A DNA stretch of 64,000 bases from an uncultured Ignavibacteriaceae bacterium (GCA_964626015.1 CAZVCC010000004.1:27599-91598); one strand, 5' to 3'. Positions 1-9,942 are shown, counted from the stretch's first letter. Made by a program: numbers and translations. The notes: generated by a model not told the origin, from the letters alone.

Positions 1-2
1 GG

Positions 3-2942
3 GCAGCAATAAATTTCAATCCTGTAAACAATAGTGTACAGCTTATTCCATCAAGCAATTTTAAATACGGTGAGATAATAACAACCGTTCTTGATTCCGG
101 GATTAAGACAGCTTCAGGAAGTTCTATTCCACCGTTTGTATGGAATTTTACTACTTCTTCAAGTGTATCGGATTTCATTCTAAATCAGTCATCAACGTCT
201 TCGACACAAGGAATATCATATCCTTACAGGATTGCAACCGGTGATTTTGATTGTGACGGGGACCTTGACATGGTTGTAATACACGACGGTTCAAATGGTT
301 ATGTAAACTTGTTCAGGAATAACGGCTTTGGTAGTTTTTCTTCTTACAATACATTATTTCTGGGCGGCAATATATATGGAATGACAACAGGAGACGTTGA
401 TAACGACGGAGATATTGACCTAATATACACTAACAACTACACAAAATCAGTAGGTATTTATACAAACGATGGGTCAGGATATTTTTATTCTTATTCATCT
501 CTGTCACTTGGAACTAATCCATACGGTGTTGATGCAGGAGATATGGATGGAGACGGAGATTTAGACCTTGCTGTTGCACTTTTTGGTGGTAATTCAGTAG
601 TCATATTGAAAAACAATGGAACCGGAGTATATTCATTATTTAACACTTTAAGTGTCGGAGGTTCTCCTTATAAAATAAGGATAGGTGATTATGATAATAA
701 CGGAATTCTTGACGTTGCGGTTACAATATATTCAAGCACGGTTTCTGTTCTAAAAAATAACGGTTCAGGAGTTCTATCACTTTGGTCATCTGTTAGTGCC
801 GGTAATGAAAGCGGTGAACTTGTCCCTGCAGATTTTGACGGTGATTCAGATATAGACCTTGCAGTAACGAATAATCCCGGAGGAACTTTAAAAGTACTAA
901 ATAATAACGGTTCCGGAGTTTTCACTGTAACATCCACATTATCAATAAGTCATCCGGTTGGTATAGGGATAAGCGATCTTGACGGAGACGGAGATATTGA
1001 TTTATCTGTATGTAATTCCTGGAGCAATATAGTTTCAACATATAGAAATAACGGAACAGGAACTTTTTCTTTTGTTTCAAACGTAACTACAGGAACATAT
1101 CCATACGCAATTACTTCTGGCGATTTCGATAACAATGGAACAATGGACCTTGCTGTTGCCAATAATAACAGTTCAAATAAATATATCAGCCTTATTTCAA
1201 ATCTAACGCCGCCACAATTTATATCTCCATCGAATAATTCAACCGGAAATAATCTTTCGACAAATTTTAACTGGAAAGTTTCTTTGGGGGCGTCGAATTA
1301 CAGGTTTCAGTTATCAACGGATTCATTGTTCGGAAGTTATGTTATTAATGATTCAACTCTGATTGGTACAGACGTGGCAAAGAGTGTATCAGACTTAAGC
1401 CCGCTTACATGGTATTACTGGCGTATGAATTCAAAATCGGCAAACGGAACCACTTCTTGGAGCAGTACATGGAAGTTTAAGACTTTGGGGTCACCATTAC
1501 ATGTGAACCTTGTATCTCCTCAAAACAATACTTTAAACCAACCGGTCAATCTGATATTTAAATGGAATAAGACAACAGACCAGACCTTAATGAAAAACAA
1601 AAATGATGAAACTGCTAAAATTGATAAAGCATCAAAAAATGCTAAAACAGATGGTTTCTCGGAAGCAGTTTCAAACTACTGGTTTGAGCTTGCATCCGAT
1701 TCACTATTCTCTAATATTCTGATTACTGACAGTACACTGACTGATACTGTTAAAACAGTTTCTGGATTATCTAATAATGCTGTTTACTTCTGGAGAGTAA
1801 AAGCCAAAAATGATGTTGGGTGGAACGACTTTTCAGGTTTTAATAAATTTACGACGATTAAACAACCGGATATCTCGCAGTTTGCAATTCCTCCGTCAGG
1901 ACAGGACACAACGAGTTTTGGAAATACATTCATGTTGTTCTTTGCAAATGTAACACTTCCCAGGTATATATTAGTATCATATTTTACTGTTTCTCCCGTC
2001 AGTGGCTTATTGCCCGATGGTATAAATTCAATAAGCAGCTATTTCTGGAGCATTTCCGATTCGGGAGTACAATTTACAGACGGATATCTCAGAATACCAC
2101 TTTCCTTTCTTGGCGGTGTAAATGATCCTACAAAATTAAGATGGCTTAAGAGAAGTTTTTCCGGCGATAACTGGATAGATATCGGAGGTATAATTCAGGA
2201 TGGTTATCTGGTAAGCACCGTTCCGTTTAATTCATTCAGTGAATTTGCAATAGGTTCTCAGGATGTTCAGCCTCTGACAAGCACTAATATACAAATAACA
2301 GTTATTCCGGAAGGTTTTTATGACACACCAAATAATCGCTTAAACAGCCGGGATACTGTAATAGTCTATTTAAGGGAGGTAAATACTCCTTTTACAGTTA
2401 TCGATTCATCTGTCTCAATAATTGATTCATTGAATTTTACAGCATTCTTCGAATTTAAAAATGCACCAACAGGTTCTTACTTCATTGTTATCAAGCACAG
2501 AAATTCACTGGAAACATGGAGTAAATCTGGCGGAATATTATTTACAAAATATTCATCAATGAATTATAACTTCACAAGTGCAAGTACTCAGGCATACGGT
2601 GATAACCTTATACTTAAGAACGGTTTATGGTGTCTTTACAGCGGGGACGTTAATAATGACGGCATCATAGATGCCCTTGACAGGATGGCTGCATGGAACG
2701 ACAGGAACAAGAGCGGGTATTATTCAACAGATTTAAACGGAGACGGTGTTGTCGATGCACTCGACAGATCGATATGCTGGAACTACAGAAATAAAGGAGT
2801 GCAGAAACCTTTATTCCTTGATAATTTTGGTATTGGGAAAGAAAATGAGAAACAAAATACAAAAAACGGAAAAGAAGTCCTTAAACGATATGAAATAAAA
2901 CTTGACGGAACAAGTACAAAGAAAAAGGCGAATAATTACTAA
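3..2942 (+). CDS. Secreted FG-GAP/VCBS-repeat protein with two FN3-like modules and a C-terminal dockerin-like double Ca-binding loop. The 5' end lies outside the window.
   Basis: The frame is open from nt 3, with no stop upstream of the listed Met at 270. The upstream residues AAINFNPVNNSVQLIPS look like an Ig-like domain. There are many GDxDxDGDxDL / NNGxGxF repeats. Two modules end in TWYYWRMNSK and AVYFWRVKAKN. The C-terminus carries DVNNDGIIDALD and DLNGDGVVDALD. Confidence 0.85.
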   Translation, partial: AAINFNPVNNSVQLIPSSNFKYGEIITTVLDSGIKTASGSSIPPFVWNFTTSSSVSDFILNQSSTSSTQGISYPYRIATGDFDCDGDLDMVVIHDGSNGYVNLFRNNGFGSFSSYNTLFLGGNIYGMTTGDVDNDGDIDLIYTNNYTKSVGIYTNDGSGYFYSYSSLSLGTNPYGVDAGDMDGDGDLDLAVALFGGNSVVILKNNGTGVYSLFNTLSVGGSPYKIRIGDYDNNGILDVAVTIYSSTVSVLKNNGSGVLSLWSSVSAGNESGELVPADFDGDSDIDLAVTNNPGGTLKVLNNNGSGVFTVTSTLSISHPVGIGISDLDGDGDIDLSVCNSWSNIVSTYRNNGTGTFSFVSNVTTGTYPYAITSGDFDNNGTMDLAVANNNSSNKYISLISNLTPPQFISPSNNSTGNNLSTNFNWKVSLGASNYRFQLSTDSLFGSYVINDSTLIGTDVAKSVSDLSPLTWYYWRMNSKSANGTTSWSSTWKFKTLGSPLHVNLVSPQNNTLNQPVNLIFKWNKTTDQTLMKNKNDETAKIDKASKNAKTDGFSEAVSNYWFELASDSLFSNILITDSTLTDTVKTVSGLSNNAVYFWRVKAKNDVGWNDFSGFNKFTTIKQPDISQFAIPPSGQDTTSFGNTFMLFFANVTLPRYILVSYFTVSPVSGLLPDGINSISSYFWSISDSGVQFTDGYLRIPLSFLGGVNDPTKLRWLKRSFSGDNWIDIGGIIQDGYLVSTVPFNSFSEFAIGSQDVQPLTSTNIQITVIPEGFYDTPNNRLNSRDTVIVYLREVNTPFTVIDSSVSIIDSLNFTAFFEFKNAPTGSYFIVIKHRNSLETWSKSGGILFTKYSSMNYNFTSASTQAYGDNLILKNGLWCLYSGDVNNDGIIDALDRMAAWNDRNKSGYYSTDLNGDGVVDALDRSICWNYRNKGVQKPLFLDNFGIGKENEKQNTKNGKEVLKRYEIKLDGTSTKKKANNY

Positions 2943-2993
2943 ATTGTAAAAGCAGACATTAAATAAATTAATAAATCATAATATAAAAATAAT

Positions 2994-4175
2994 ATGAAAA
3001 CATTTAAATTAGTTCAGCTGGCACTCGTAATAATCATATTACTAAGTGCAAATTTGTATTCACAGGTGTTGTTTAAAGCAACGATTACAAATCAACAGGC
3101 AGTGCTTGCAGATCCGACATACGGAAACTGTGTTTATTTTGACCTGTATTTGCAGCAAGATGGAGGACCGGGACCCTTATATCTTGCAAATGCGGATTTC
3201 AAGTTTACTTTTAATGTTGCAAACTTTTCGGGTTCAACAATAGAGTACATAGACGCCTCGAACGAATTGTGGAATTCAAACGGAACAGAAACATCATCAT
3301 ATAATGAAAATATTGCACCTACATTTCTCGCAGCGAATCAACTGGTAATTAATGTACAACCGCCGACATTTACAACTCAGACGCAATTCAACTCAAGAAT
3401 AGCAAAGATAGATGCAACACCAAGCAAGCATAAACTTGGACAATTTGTTGTGTATACAGTTTCAAATACAAGCGGATACTTTGGGCTTACATGGCTCACA
3501 GGTGTAGGCGGAACTGTAGTAACATCATTTGAACCGGCAACTCCCTGGGTTTCAAGTCAGGCAACAGGAACACTTGAGGTAATAACGGATACACCTCTCC
3601 CTGTTCAGCTTGCATCATTTATCGGAAATGTAGAGAATAAAAGGAATGTTACTTTAAACTGGAAAACCGAATTTGAAAACAACAATTCCGGATTTGAAAT
3701 CGAAAGAAAGCTTATTGATGGAACGTGGTCTAAAATTGGTTTCATTTCAGGAAATGGCACAACAAATACACCCGTATCATACAAATTCAGCGATTTAAAG
3801 CTAAATACCGGAAAGTACAACTATCGCCTGAAACAAATTGACAATAACGGCAACTATGAATATTTCAACCTTAACGCTGAAATAGAAGTCGGAATCCCAG
3901 ATAAATTCAATCTCAGCCAGAACTACCCGAACCCGTTCAATCCGACCACAAAGATAGACTTCGACCTGCCGCTTGACAGCAGGGTCAGTATTATACTGTA
4001 CGATATCTCAGGCAGGGAAGTGAAAACGCTGGTAAACGACCAGAGAACTGCAGGATATTATACAATCCAGTTCAACTCCGCAGGACTATCAAGCGGAACA
4101 TACTTCTACAGGATTATGACTAAGTCTTCGGGTGCTGATTTTATTATGGCAAAAAAGATGGTGCTTCTAAAATAA
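2994..4175 (+). CDS. Secreted protein with a signal peptide, a tentative cohesin-like N-terminal domain, an FN3-like module and a T9SS C-terminal sorting domain
   Basis: Signal-like LALVIIILLSANLYSQ. LANADFKFTFN and RIAKIDAT resemble cohesin strands. The C-terminus LSQNYPNPFNPTTKIDFDL...GTYFYRI...KKMVLLK is the Por/T9SS CTD signature. Confidence 0.85.
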   Translation: MKTFKLVQLALVIIILLSANLYSQVLFKATITNQQAVLADPTYGNCVYFDLYLQQDGGPGPLYLANADFKFTFNVANFSGSTIEYIDASNELWNSNGTETSSYNENIAPTFLAANQLVINVQPPTFTTQTQFNSRIAKIDATPSKHKLGQFVVYTVSNTSGYFGLTWLTGVGGTVVTSFEPATPWVSSQATGTLEVITDTPLPVQLASFIGNVENKRNVTLNWKTEFENNNSGFEIERKLIDGTWSKIGFISGNGTTNTPVSYKFSDLKLNTGKYNYRLKQIDNNGNYEYFNLNAEIEVGIPDKFNLSQNYPNPFNPTTKIDFDLPLDSRVSIILYDISGREVKTLVNDQRTAGYYTIQFNSAGLSSGTYFYRIMTKSSGADFIMAKKMVLLK

Positions 4176-4399
4176 CGACGTTTGTCCTATCAAATTTGTT
4201 AAAATAACAAAGGAGATAGGAAATGAAGGAAAGAGAAATAAAAGTCTAGTAAGAAATTAGACAAAAACATTTGAGTGAGATTTCATTTACGAGTTAATAA
4301 ACTTGACGTACGGTTTGGCGAGGGTTTACGGAAAACAGACTTAATTGCACTGCTTCCGTGTCCTACTCTACAAATATATATGAAGATACTGTTCTTAAA

Positions 4400-4429
4400 G
4401 GGGTTGTTAGAAATAACACCCCTTTTTTA
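4400..4429 (+). terminator. Rho-independent terminator about 225 nt downstream of the previous stop codon
   Basis: The stem ggggttgtt / aacacccc has one bulge and a 6-nt loop, and is followed by tttttt. Confidence 0.6.
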
Positions 4430-4863
4430 TTGTATATTTTTCATTTCTTATAGAAAAAATTATATGTTTTAATTTTGTATATCAATGTATCAAAATAAAT
4501 ATGCTTGGTTTTGCTTTAATGCTTTTTGGGAACCTGAAATTTATATATCCGGGAATACAATAAAAAAGCATTATATTTCTCACTTTGAGACAGTATTTCG
4601 CAAAATGATACTTTATACCTCCTGAAATGTTATAATAAACCTCTTATTTTGATTTAAAAACAACTTTATTCTTGGCATACAATTTGTACCTTAAAAATTA
4701 AATATTAGTGTTTTATTTGAAATACTTTAACATAAAACAGTGAAAACACGAGATTTTACAAATACAGCGAGTATGACAAGATTCGATTTAAGTTTTGTCA
4801 TAATTATTTCGACGATTATCGTCACTTTAATTTTTGGCTTCATTTTCAAATAAAATATTGAAA

Positions 4864-5265
4864 ATGCCGTTTCAGATGCAAATGGAGAACAATAAAATAT
4901 TACTGATAGATGATGATGATTCAACACTTGAGTCACTATCAACCTATCTTGAAGAGCTCGGTTACAACGTATTAAAAGCAAGAAACGGGATAACAGGTCT
5001 TGAGATTGTTAAAAATTTACATCCTGACTTGATAATCTCAGACATTAGAATGCCGGGATTAAACGGTGTGGAATTTGCTTTCATAATAAAAGGATTAAAA
5101 TTCAATACACCGCTGATATTGATTTCTTCGTATGATTATAAAGATAATAAGTTTATTGATAAATGCTCTTATGGATATCTTCAGAAACCGATTGATATAC
5201 ACATTTTAAACAGAATGATATCGGATGTATTACCGAAGTGTGTGATGAATGCATCTCAAACATAG
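4864..5265 (+). CDS. Stand-alone response regulator receiver (CheY-like) protein
   Basis: ILLIDDDD acidic pocket, phospho-acceptor Asp in LIISDIRMPG, Ser in LILISS and Lys in LQKPID. There is no output domain. ATG 4864 is preferred over the listed TTG 4834. Confidence 0.85.
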   Translation: MPFQMQMENNKILLIDDDDSTLESLSTYLEELGYNVLKARNGITGLEIVKNLHPDLIISDIRMPGLNGVEFAFIIKGLKFNTPLILISSYDYKDNKFIDKCSYGYLQKPIDIHILNRMISDVLPKCVMNASQT

Positions 5266-5294
5266 TTTATAAATTGTTTTTCTCCCTAATAATA

Positions 5295-5353
5295 ATAGGC
5301 AAAGTTCGTTTCAATTAAGCCCCCTATTCCCCTTAATTGTCAGCTTTGCCTAT
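5295..5353 (+). terminator. Long bipartite hairpin after the response regulator gene, a possible terminator
   Basis: Outer stem ataggcaaag/ctttgcctat (10 bp) and inner stem caattaag/cttaattg (8 bp) with a C-rich apical loop. It is followed by only a short T run (ttt). Confidence 0.4.
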
Positions 5354-5482
5354 TTTAAAACCTAATGAAGGTGAAGTACGAGTAACCCTCGAGAAAGTAA
5401 AATTAATCCCTCAAACCACTCCTGCCTTCCTTTTTTAATTAATTAGACTTTTTTAAACCGCTTGATTTTCATAATTTGTTAT

Positions 5483-6787
5483 ATGAATGCTGTAGAAATA
5501 ATAAAGAAAAAGAGAAACGGCGGTAAACTTTCAAAAGAAGAAATCAATTTCTTCATCAGCAAACATCTCGAAGGAAAAATAACAGACTATCAGGTATCCG
5601 CATTTCTTATGGCAGTGCATTTCAATGGCATGGACGATGAGGAAACCCTTCATCTCACAGAACTTATGCTCAACAGCGGAGAAATAATAGACCTTTCTTT
5701 TATTAACGGAGTAAAAGTTGACAAACATTCAACAGGCGGGGTCGGGGATAAAACCTCTCTCATTCTTTCTCCTCAAATCTCATTGCTCGGAATATATGTG
5801 CCGATGATATCCGGAAGGGGGCTCGGGCATACGGGTGGAACTCTCGATAAGCTCGAATCAATAAAAGGATTTAATATTAATAAAAACATCCGTCAGTATA
5901 AAGAAACACTCGCTAAAATCGGCTGCGTAATGATTGGTCAAACCGAGAATGTGGCTCCTGCAGACAAGAAGTTTTATGCTTTGCGTGATGTAACTGCAAC
6001 CGTTGACAGCATACCTCTAATCACTTCCAGTATACTCAGCAAGAAGCTTGCGGAAGGTGCAGAGGCACTAGTTTTTGACGTTAAGATGGGAAGCGGAGCA
6101 AATCTTCAGGATGAGGATGAATCAAGAGAGCTTGCAAAAAAACTTGTATCCGTTTCAAAGAAGTTTGGTAAAAAAGCTATTGCAGTGCTGACTGATATGC
6201 GCGAACCCCTGGGTTATAAAATAGGGAACTGGCTTGAAGTCGAAGAGTGTATCGAAGTAATGAAGGGTAAACAGGTCCCTGACCTGATTAAAGTTAACAA
6301 CGTACTGGCTGGAGCGATGATATTCCTTGGAGGTAAAGCGGGCAGTATTGAAGCAGGAGAGAAAATTGCCGAAGAGCTGTTAGCGGGCGAAAATGTCTAT
6401 GACAAGTTTCTGGTAATGGTGAAAGAGCATGAAGGGAGTGTTGAATATGTTGAAGATTACAAGAACATAAAGAGGGCAAAACACTCAAAAAAGATTATTG
6501 CTGAAAAGTCCGGATTTGTTAATAAGCTCGATGCTTATGGTTTTGGTCTTGCTAATGTAGAACTCGGCGGAGGCAGAAAGAAAGCTGATGACAGTATCGA
6601 TTTTTTATCTGGTATCATTCTTGAGAAAAAATGCGGTGAGAAAGTTGCAGAAGGTGAAACTATCTGTGAAGTGTTTGCAGAAGATGAAGAAAAGTTTGAA
6701 AATTCACTTTATCTGATTGACAAATCTATTGAAATAAATGAAGTGAATACTTTTAAGAAGAACTTAATCTTAGATATAATAGATTAG
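5483..6787 (+). CDS. deoA: Thymidine / pyrimidine-nucleoside phosphorylase
   Basis: Family motifs DKHSTGGVGDKTSL and SGRGLGHTGGTLDKLESI. The length (about 434 aa) is typical. ATG 5483 (MNAVEIIKKKR) is preferred over the listed TTG 5462. Confidence 0.9.
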   Translation: MNAVEIIKKKRNGGKLSKEEINFFISKHLEGKITDYQVSAFLMAVHFNGMDDEETLHLTELMLNSGEIIDLSFINGVKVDKHSTGGVGDKTSLILSPQISLLGIYVPMISGRGLGHTGGTLDKLESIKGFNINKNIRQYKETLAKIGCVMIGQTENVAPADKKFYALRDVTATVDSIPLITSSILSKKLAEGAEALVFDVKMGSGANLQDEDESRELAKKLVSVSKKFGKKAIAVLTDMREPLGYKIGNWLEVEECIEVMKGKQVPDLIKVNNVLAGAMIFLGGKAGSIEAGEKIAEELLAGENVYDKFLVMVKEHEGSVEYVEDYKNIKRAKHSKKIIAEKSGFVNKLDAYGFGLANVELGGGRKKADDSIDFLSGIILEKKCGEKVAEGETICEVFAEDEEKFENSLYLIDKSIEINEVNTFKKNLILDIID

Positions 6788-6788
6788 C

Positions 6789-7358
6789 ATGTTTAAACTG
6801 ACAGGTAAAATAGTATCTACATTCATTACATTAGGATTTTTTGTTTTGATTTCAGGTTACTTTATTTACAGGTCGTTTACTGATAATGAGCGAACTGAGG
6901 ATGTTCAATATTACATGGTTGTAAGAGTTGTTGACGGAGACACATTTGAACTTAGCGATAAAAGCAGAGTTAGACTGCTCGGAATTGATACTCCTGAAGT
7001 GCATGATTCTGAAAAACTTGAGAGGGATGCCGAATCTAGCGGTCAGGATGTGAAAACCATCAAGAGGCTTGGAAAGATTGCAAGCGATTACGTTAAGAGT
7101 ATTGCCGAGGGTAAACGGGTGAGGCTTGAACGCGACCCGAAGAATGATGATAAGGATAAATACGGTAGGTTGCTAAGGTATGTTTATCTTGAAGACGGTA
7201 CTTGTATTAACGCAAAGATAATAAAAGAAGGTTATGCACAAGTTTTCGATAAATTCGAGATTTCAAAAATTGATGAATTCAGAAAGCTTCAGAAAGAAGC
7301 ACGCGAGAATAACAGGGGACTCTGGGGTCCTGTTGACGGACTGAAACAATTGAACTAA
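6789..7358 (+). CDS. Membrane-anchored thermonuclease (SNase family)
   Basis: N-terminal TM segment IVSTFITLGFFVLISGYFIY. SNase motifs VVRVVDGDTFEL, RVRLLGIDTPE, GRLLRYVYL and EGYAQV. The start lies 1 nt after the deoA stop. Confidence 0.85.
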   Translation: MFKLTGKIVSTFITLGFFVLISGYFIYRSFTDNERTEDVQYYMVVRVVDGDTFELSDKSRVRLLGIDTPEVHDSEKLERDAESSGQDVKTIKRLGKIASDYVKSIAEGKRVRLERDPKNDDKDKYGRLLRYVYLEDGTCINAKIIKEGYAQVFDKFEISKIDEFRKLQKEARENNRGLWGPVDGLKQLN

Positions 7359-7367
7359 GATTCGCTG

Positions 7368-7392
7368 CCCGCAAGAAGTTTGCGGGTTTTTT
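7368..7392 (+). terminator. Rho-independent terminator
   Basis: cccgcaa gaagt ttgcggg followed by tttttt. Confidence 0.85.
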
Positions 7393-7420
7393 GTATTAAC
7401 TAAAATTAAATTAAAAATAT

Positions 7421-8887
7421 ATGAAATCAAAAATACTGGATACATCTATAACATTTGACGATGTCTTGCTCGTCCCTGCAAAGTCAGAAGTTCTTCCGCG
7501 TGACGTTAAACTTCAGACAAAACTTACAAAAAAGATTACACTTAATATCCCCTTACTTTCAGCCGCTATGGATACTGTTACTGAATCAGAGCTGGCTGTT
7601 GCTATTGCCAGAGAAGGCGGAATTGGAATCATTCATAAAAATATGTCATTCGCAAGACAGGCAGAAGAAGTTGATAAAGTGAAAAGAAGTGAAAGCGGTA
7701 TGATTAGAGAACCTGTCACTCTTACAGCTAATGCAACAATCGGCGATGCACTATCTGTTATGGAAAAGTTTAGTATCTCTGGAATCCCGATTATTGATAA
7801 AGCCGGAAAATTAATAGGTATATTAACTAACAGAGACTTAAGGTTTCACCCTGACAGAGGTATGCTGATAAAAGAAGTTATGACAAAAGACAATCTGATA
7901 ACAGCACCGATGGGAACTGACCTTACAAAAGCAGAGTTGATTCTGCAAAATCACAGGATTGAAAAACTTCCTGTGGTTGATAAAAACGGAATTCTGAAAG
8001 GACTTATAACTTTCAAGGATATTCAAAAGCGGAAAAGCTTTCCGAATGCATGCAAGGATGAGTTTGGAAGGCTCCGTGTTGGAGCAGCTGTCGGAATAGC
8101 GGGGGATACAATGCACAGAGTTGCTGAACTTGTAAAATCAAGTGTTGATGTAATCGTTGTCGATACAGCACATGGACATTCGAAGGGTGTTCTTGAAACA
8201 GTCAGAAAACTTAAGAAAAAATTTGATGTCGATATTATTGCAGGTAATGTTGCAACTTCCGAAGCAACTGTCGATTTGATTAATGCAGGTGCTGACGGGA
8301 TTAAAGTAGGAATTGGTGCGGGTTCAATCTGCACGACAAGAGTTATAGCTGGCGTAGGTGTTCCACAGCTTAGTGCTGTTCTTGAATGTTCAAAAGCTGC
8401 GGCAAAGTTTAAAATACCTGTCATCGCCGACGGCGGGATAAAACAGACTGGCGACGTTCCAAAAGCTATTGCAGCTGGTGCCAGCTCTGTTATGGTGGGC
8501 GGTATGCTTGCAGGAACTGATGAAACTCCGGGTGAAAAAGTTCTTTATGAAGGCAGAAGTTTTAAAGTTTATCGCGGAATGGGTTCGATTGAAGCAATGA
8601 AGGAAGGCTCGAAGGACAGGTATTTTCAGGACATGGAAGACGATATCAAAAAACTTGTTCCAGAAGGCATTGAAGGAATTGTGCCTTATAAAGGTCCTTT
8701 AAAAGATACTATCTATCAAATAATCGGTGGACTGCGTGCTGCGATGGGTTACTGCGGTGCTAAGGATATTAATGCTATGAAAGCAAAGACAAGGTTCACA
8801 AGAATTACTAATTCAGGACTAAGAGAAAGCCATCCCCATGACGTAAAGATAACTAAAGAAGCACCTAACTACGGAGCTAAGGGGTAA
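7421..8887 (+). CDS. guaB: IMP dehydrogenase
   Basis: Full-length IMPDH pattern: a CBS pair insert, the catalytic loop [22 protein letters not shown] and GSIEAM...YFQ. Confidence 0.97.
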   Translation: MKSKILDTSITFDDVLLVPAKSEVLPRDVKLQTKLTKKITLNIPLLSAAMDTVTESELAVAIAREGGIGIIHKNMSFARQAEEVDKVKRSESGMIREPVTLTANATIGDALSVMEKFSISGIPIIDKAGKLIGILTNRDLRFHPDRGMLIKEVMTKDNLITAPMGTDLTKAELILQNHRIEKLPVVDKNGILKGLITFKDIQKRKSFPNACKDEFGRLRVGAAVGIAGDTMHRVAELVKSSVDVIVVDTAHGHSKGVLETVRKLKKKFDVDIIAGNVATSEATVDLINAGADGIKVGIGAGSICTTRVIAGVGVPQLSAVLECSKAAAKFKIPVIADGGIKQTGDVPKAIAAGASSVMVGGMLAGTDETPGEKVLYEGRSFKVYRGMGSIEAMKEGSKDRYFQDMEDDIKKLVPEGIEGIVPYKGPLKDTIYQIIGGLRAAMGYCGAKDINAMKAKTRFTRITNSGLRESHPHDVKITKEAPNYGAKG

Positions 8888-8990
8888 TTAACAATATAGA
8901 AATATATTAAAGATTGGCATTTCTTAGTGCTACAATCTTTAAAAACGTTTTAATAAAAACAAACTTTTATAAAAGAAAATAGTTTATTAG

Positions 8991-9085
8991 TTCTCTTTGC
9001 GTCCGACGTCTACCCCGAGACCTCGGGGCCTTCCTTGCGACCCTTGCGGTAAAATTATTTCGCTTTTATTTCTTTTATTTGTTTG
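8991..9085. repeat. Copy A of a roughly 90-nt conserved intergenic element with a central GC hairpin
   Basis: It shares TTCTCTTTG..CG, a GC-rich hairpin (ccccga-gacc-tcgggg), TGCGAC-CCTTGCGGTAAAAT and ATTTCTT..TTTGTTTG with copy B at 14736-14825, at matching spacing. Confidence 0.55.
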
Positions 9086-9222
9086 TAGCTCTTGCTAAGT
9101 AGTGATCTTAGTGCCTTAGTGGTGAAGTTTTGTTGGTGAAATCTTTTCTTTTAAAAGTTAGTAATCAAAACTTATACATCGGAATTTTTGTTTTCTATTT
9201 AAACATTAAAATTAAATAATAT

Positions 9223-9942
9223 ATGGATAACTATAATAATCAATACGTTCAGACAAGACCCGTTACAGAGGAGCAGACTAATGAAATGGTTCGCAGGTTT
9301 ATGCTCTCAGTTTATAACTGGATGACGCTTGGGCTTGGGCTTACAGCTCTTGCCGCATTCGGAATAGGCCGTTCATCACTTGTAAACGTCATACTCGCAA
9401 ACCCTATGCTTTTCTGGGGAATAATAATCGTTCAGTTTGCCGTCGTGCTTGGAATGTCTTTTCTAATGAATAAGATAAACTCATTTCTGGCGGTAGGGCT
9501 GTTCTTCCTTTATTCGCTGCTAACAGGCGTTACGTTTTCGACGCTGTTTCTTGTTTACACGGAAAGCTCGATATTCCTAACATTCTTCACGTGTGCTGCA
9601 ATGTTTGCGGGTACGAGCGTATTCGGATACATCACAAAGATTGACCTTTCACGCTTCGGCGGGTTTCTTATGATGGGGCTGATAGGAATCATTATCGCAT
9701 CAGTTGTAAATATTTTCATTGGCAGCTCGGCAATATACTGGCTCACTTCTTATGCGGGGGTGCTTGTATTTGTAGGACTGACCGCCTGGGATACGCAGAA
9801 AATAAAGAACATGGGAATGTTTCTGGATTCAAGGAGCGAAGACGGAAAGAAAGCTTCGATCTTCGGTGCTTTGATGCTCTATCTTGATTTCATTAACCTC
9901 TTCCTTTTCCTGTTGAGGATAATGGGTGGAAGAAAAGACTGA
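9223..9942 (+). CDS. Bax inhibitor-1 / YccA family membrane protein
   Basis: About 7 TM segments. The C-terminal GALMLYLDFINLFLFLLRIMGG is typical of the UPF0005/BI-1 family. Confidence 0.85.
   Translation: MDNYNNQYVQTRPVTEEQTNEMVRRFMLSVYNWMTLGLGLTALAAFGIGRSSLVNVILANPMLFWGIIIVQFAVVLGMSFLMNKINSFLAVGLFFLYSLLTGVTFSTLFLVYTESSIFLTFFTCAAMFAGTSVFGYITKIDLSRFGGFLMMGLIGIIIASVVNIFIGSSAIYWLTSYAGVLVFVGLTAWDTQKIKNMGMFLDSRSEDGKKASIFGALMLYLDFINLFLFLLRIMGGRKD

Noticed and set aside
4275-4472. 65-aa ORF in the spacer after the T9SS protein gene
   Set aside because: It reads straight through a canonical terminator hairpin and T tract, and its composition is implausible. It is treated as non-coding.
4673-4687. 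Possible sigma54 promoter (TGGCAT-N5-TTGT) about 175 nt upstream of the orphan response regulator
   Set aside because: The -12 element is TTGT rather than TTGC, so the conserved GC is missing. The match is a single weak hit in AT-rich sequence and there is no enhancer-binding protein nearby. It cannot be supported from sequence alone.
8909-8940. AT-rich hairpin aaagattg...caatcttt after guaB, as a terminator
   Set aside because: The stem is weak, the loop is 16 nt, and it is followed by an A run rather than a T run on the coding strand. It is not convincing as an intrinsic terminator.
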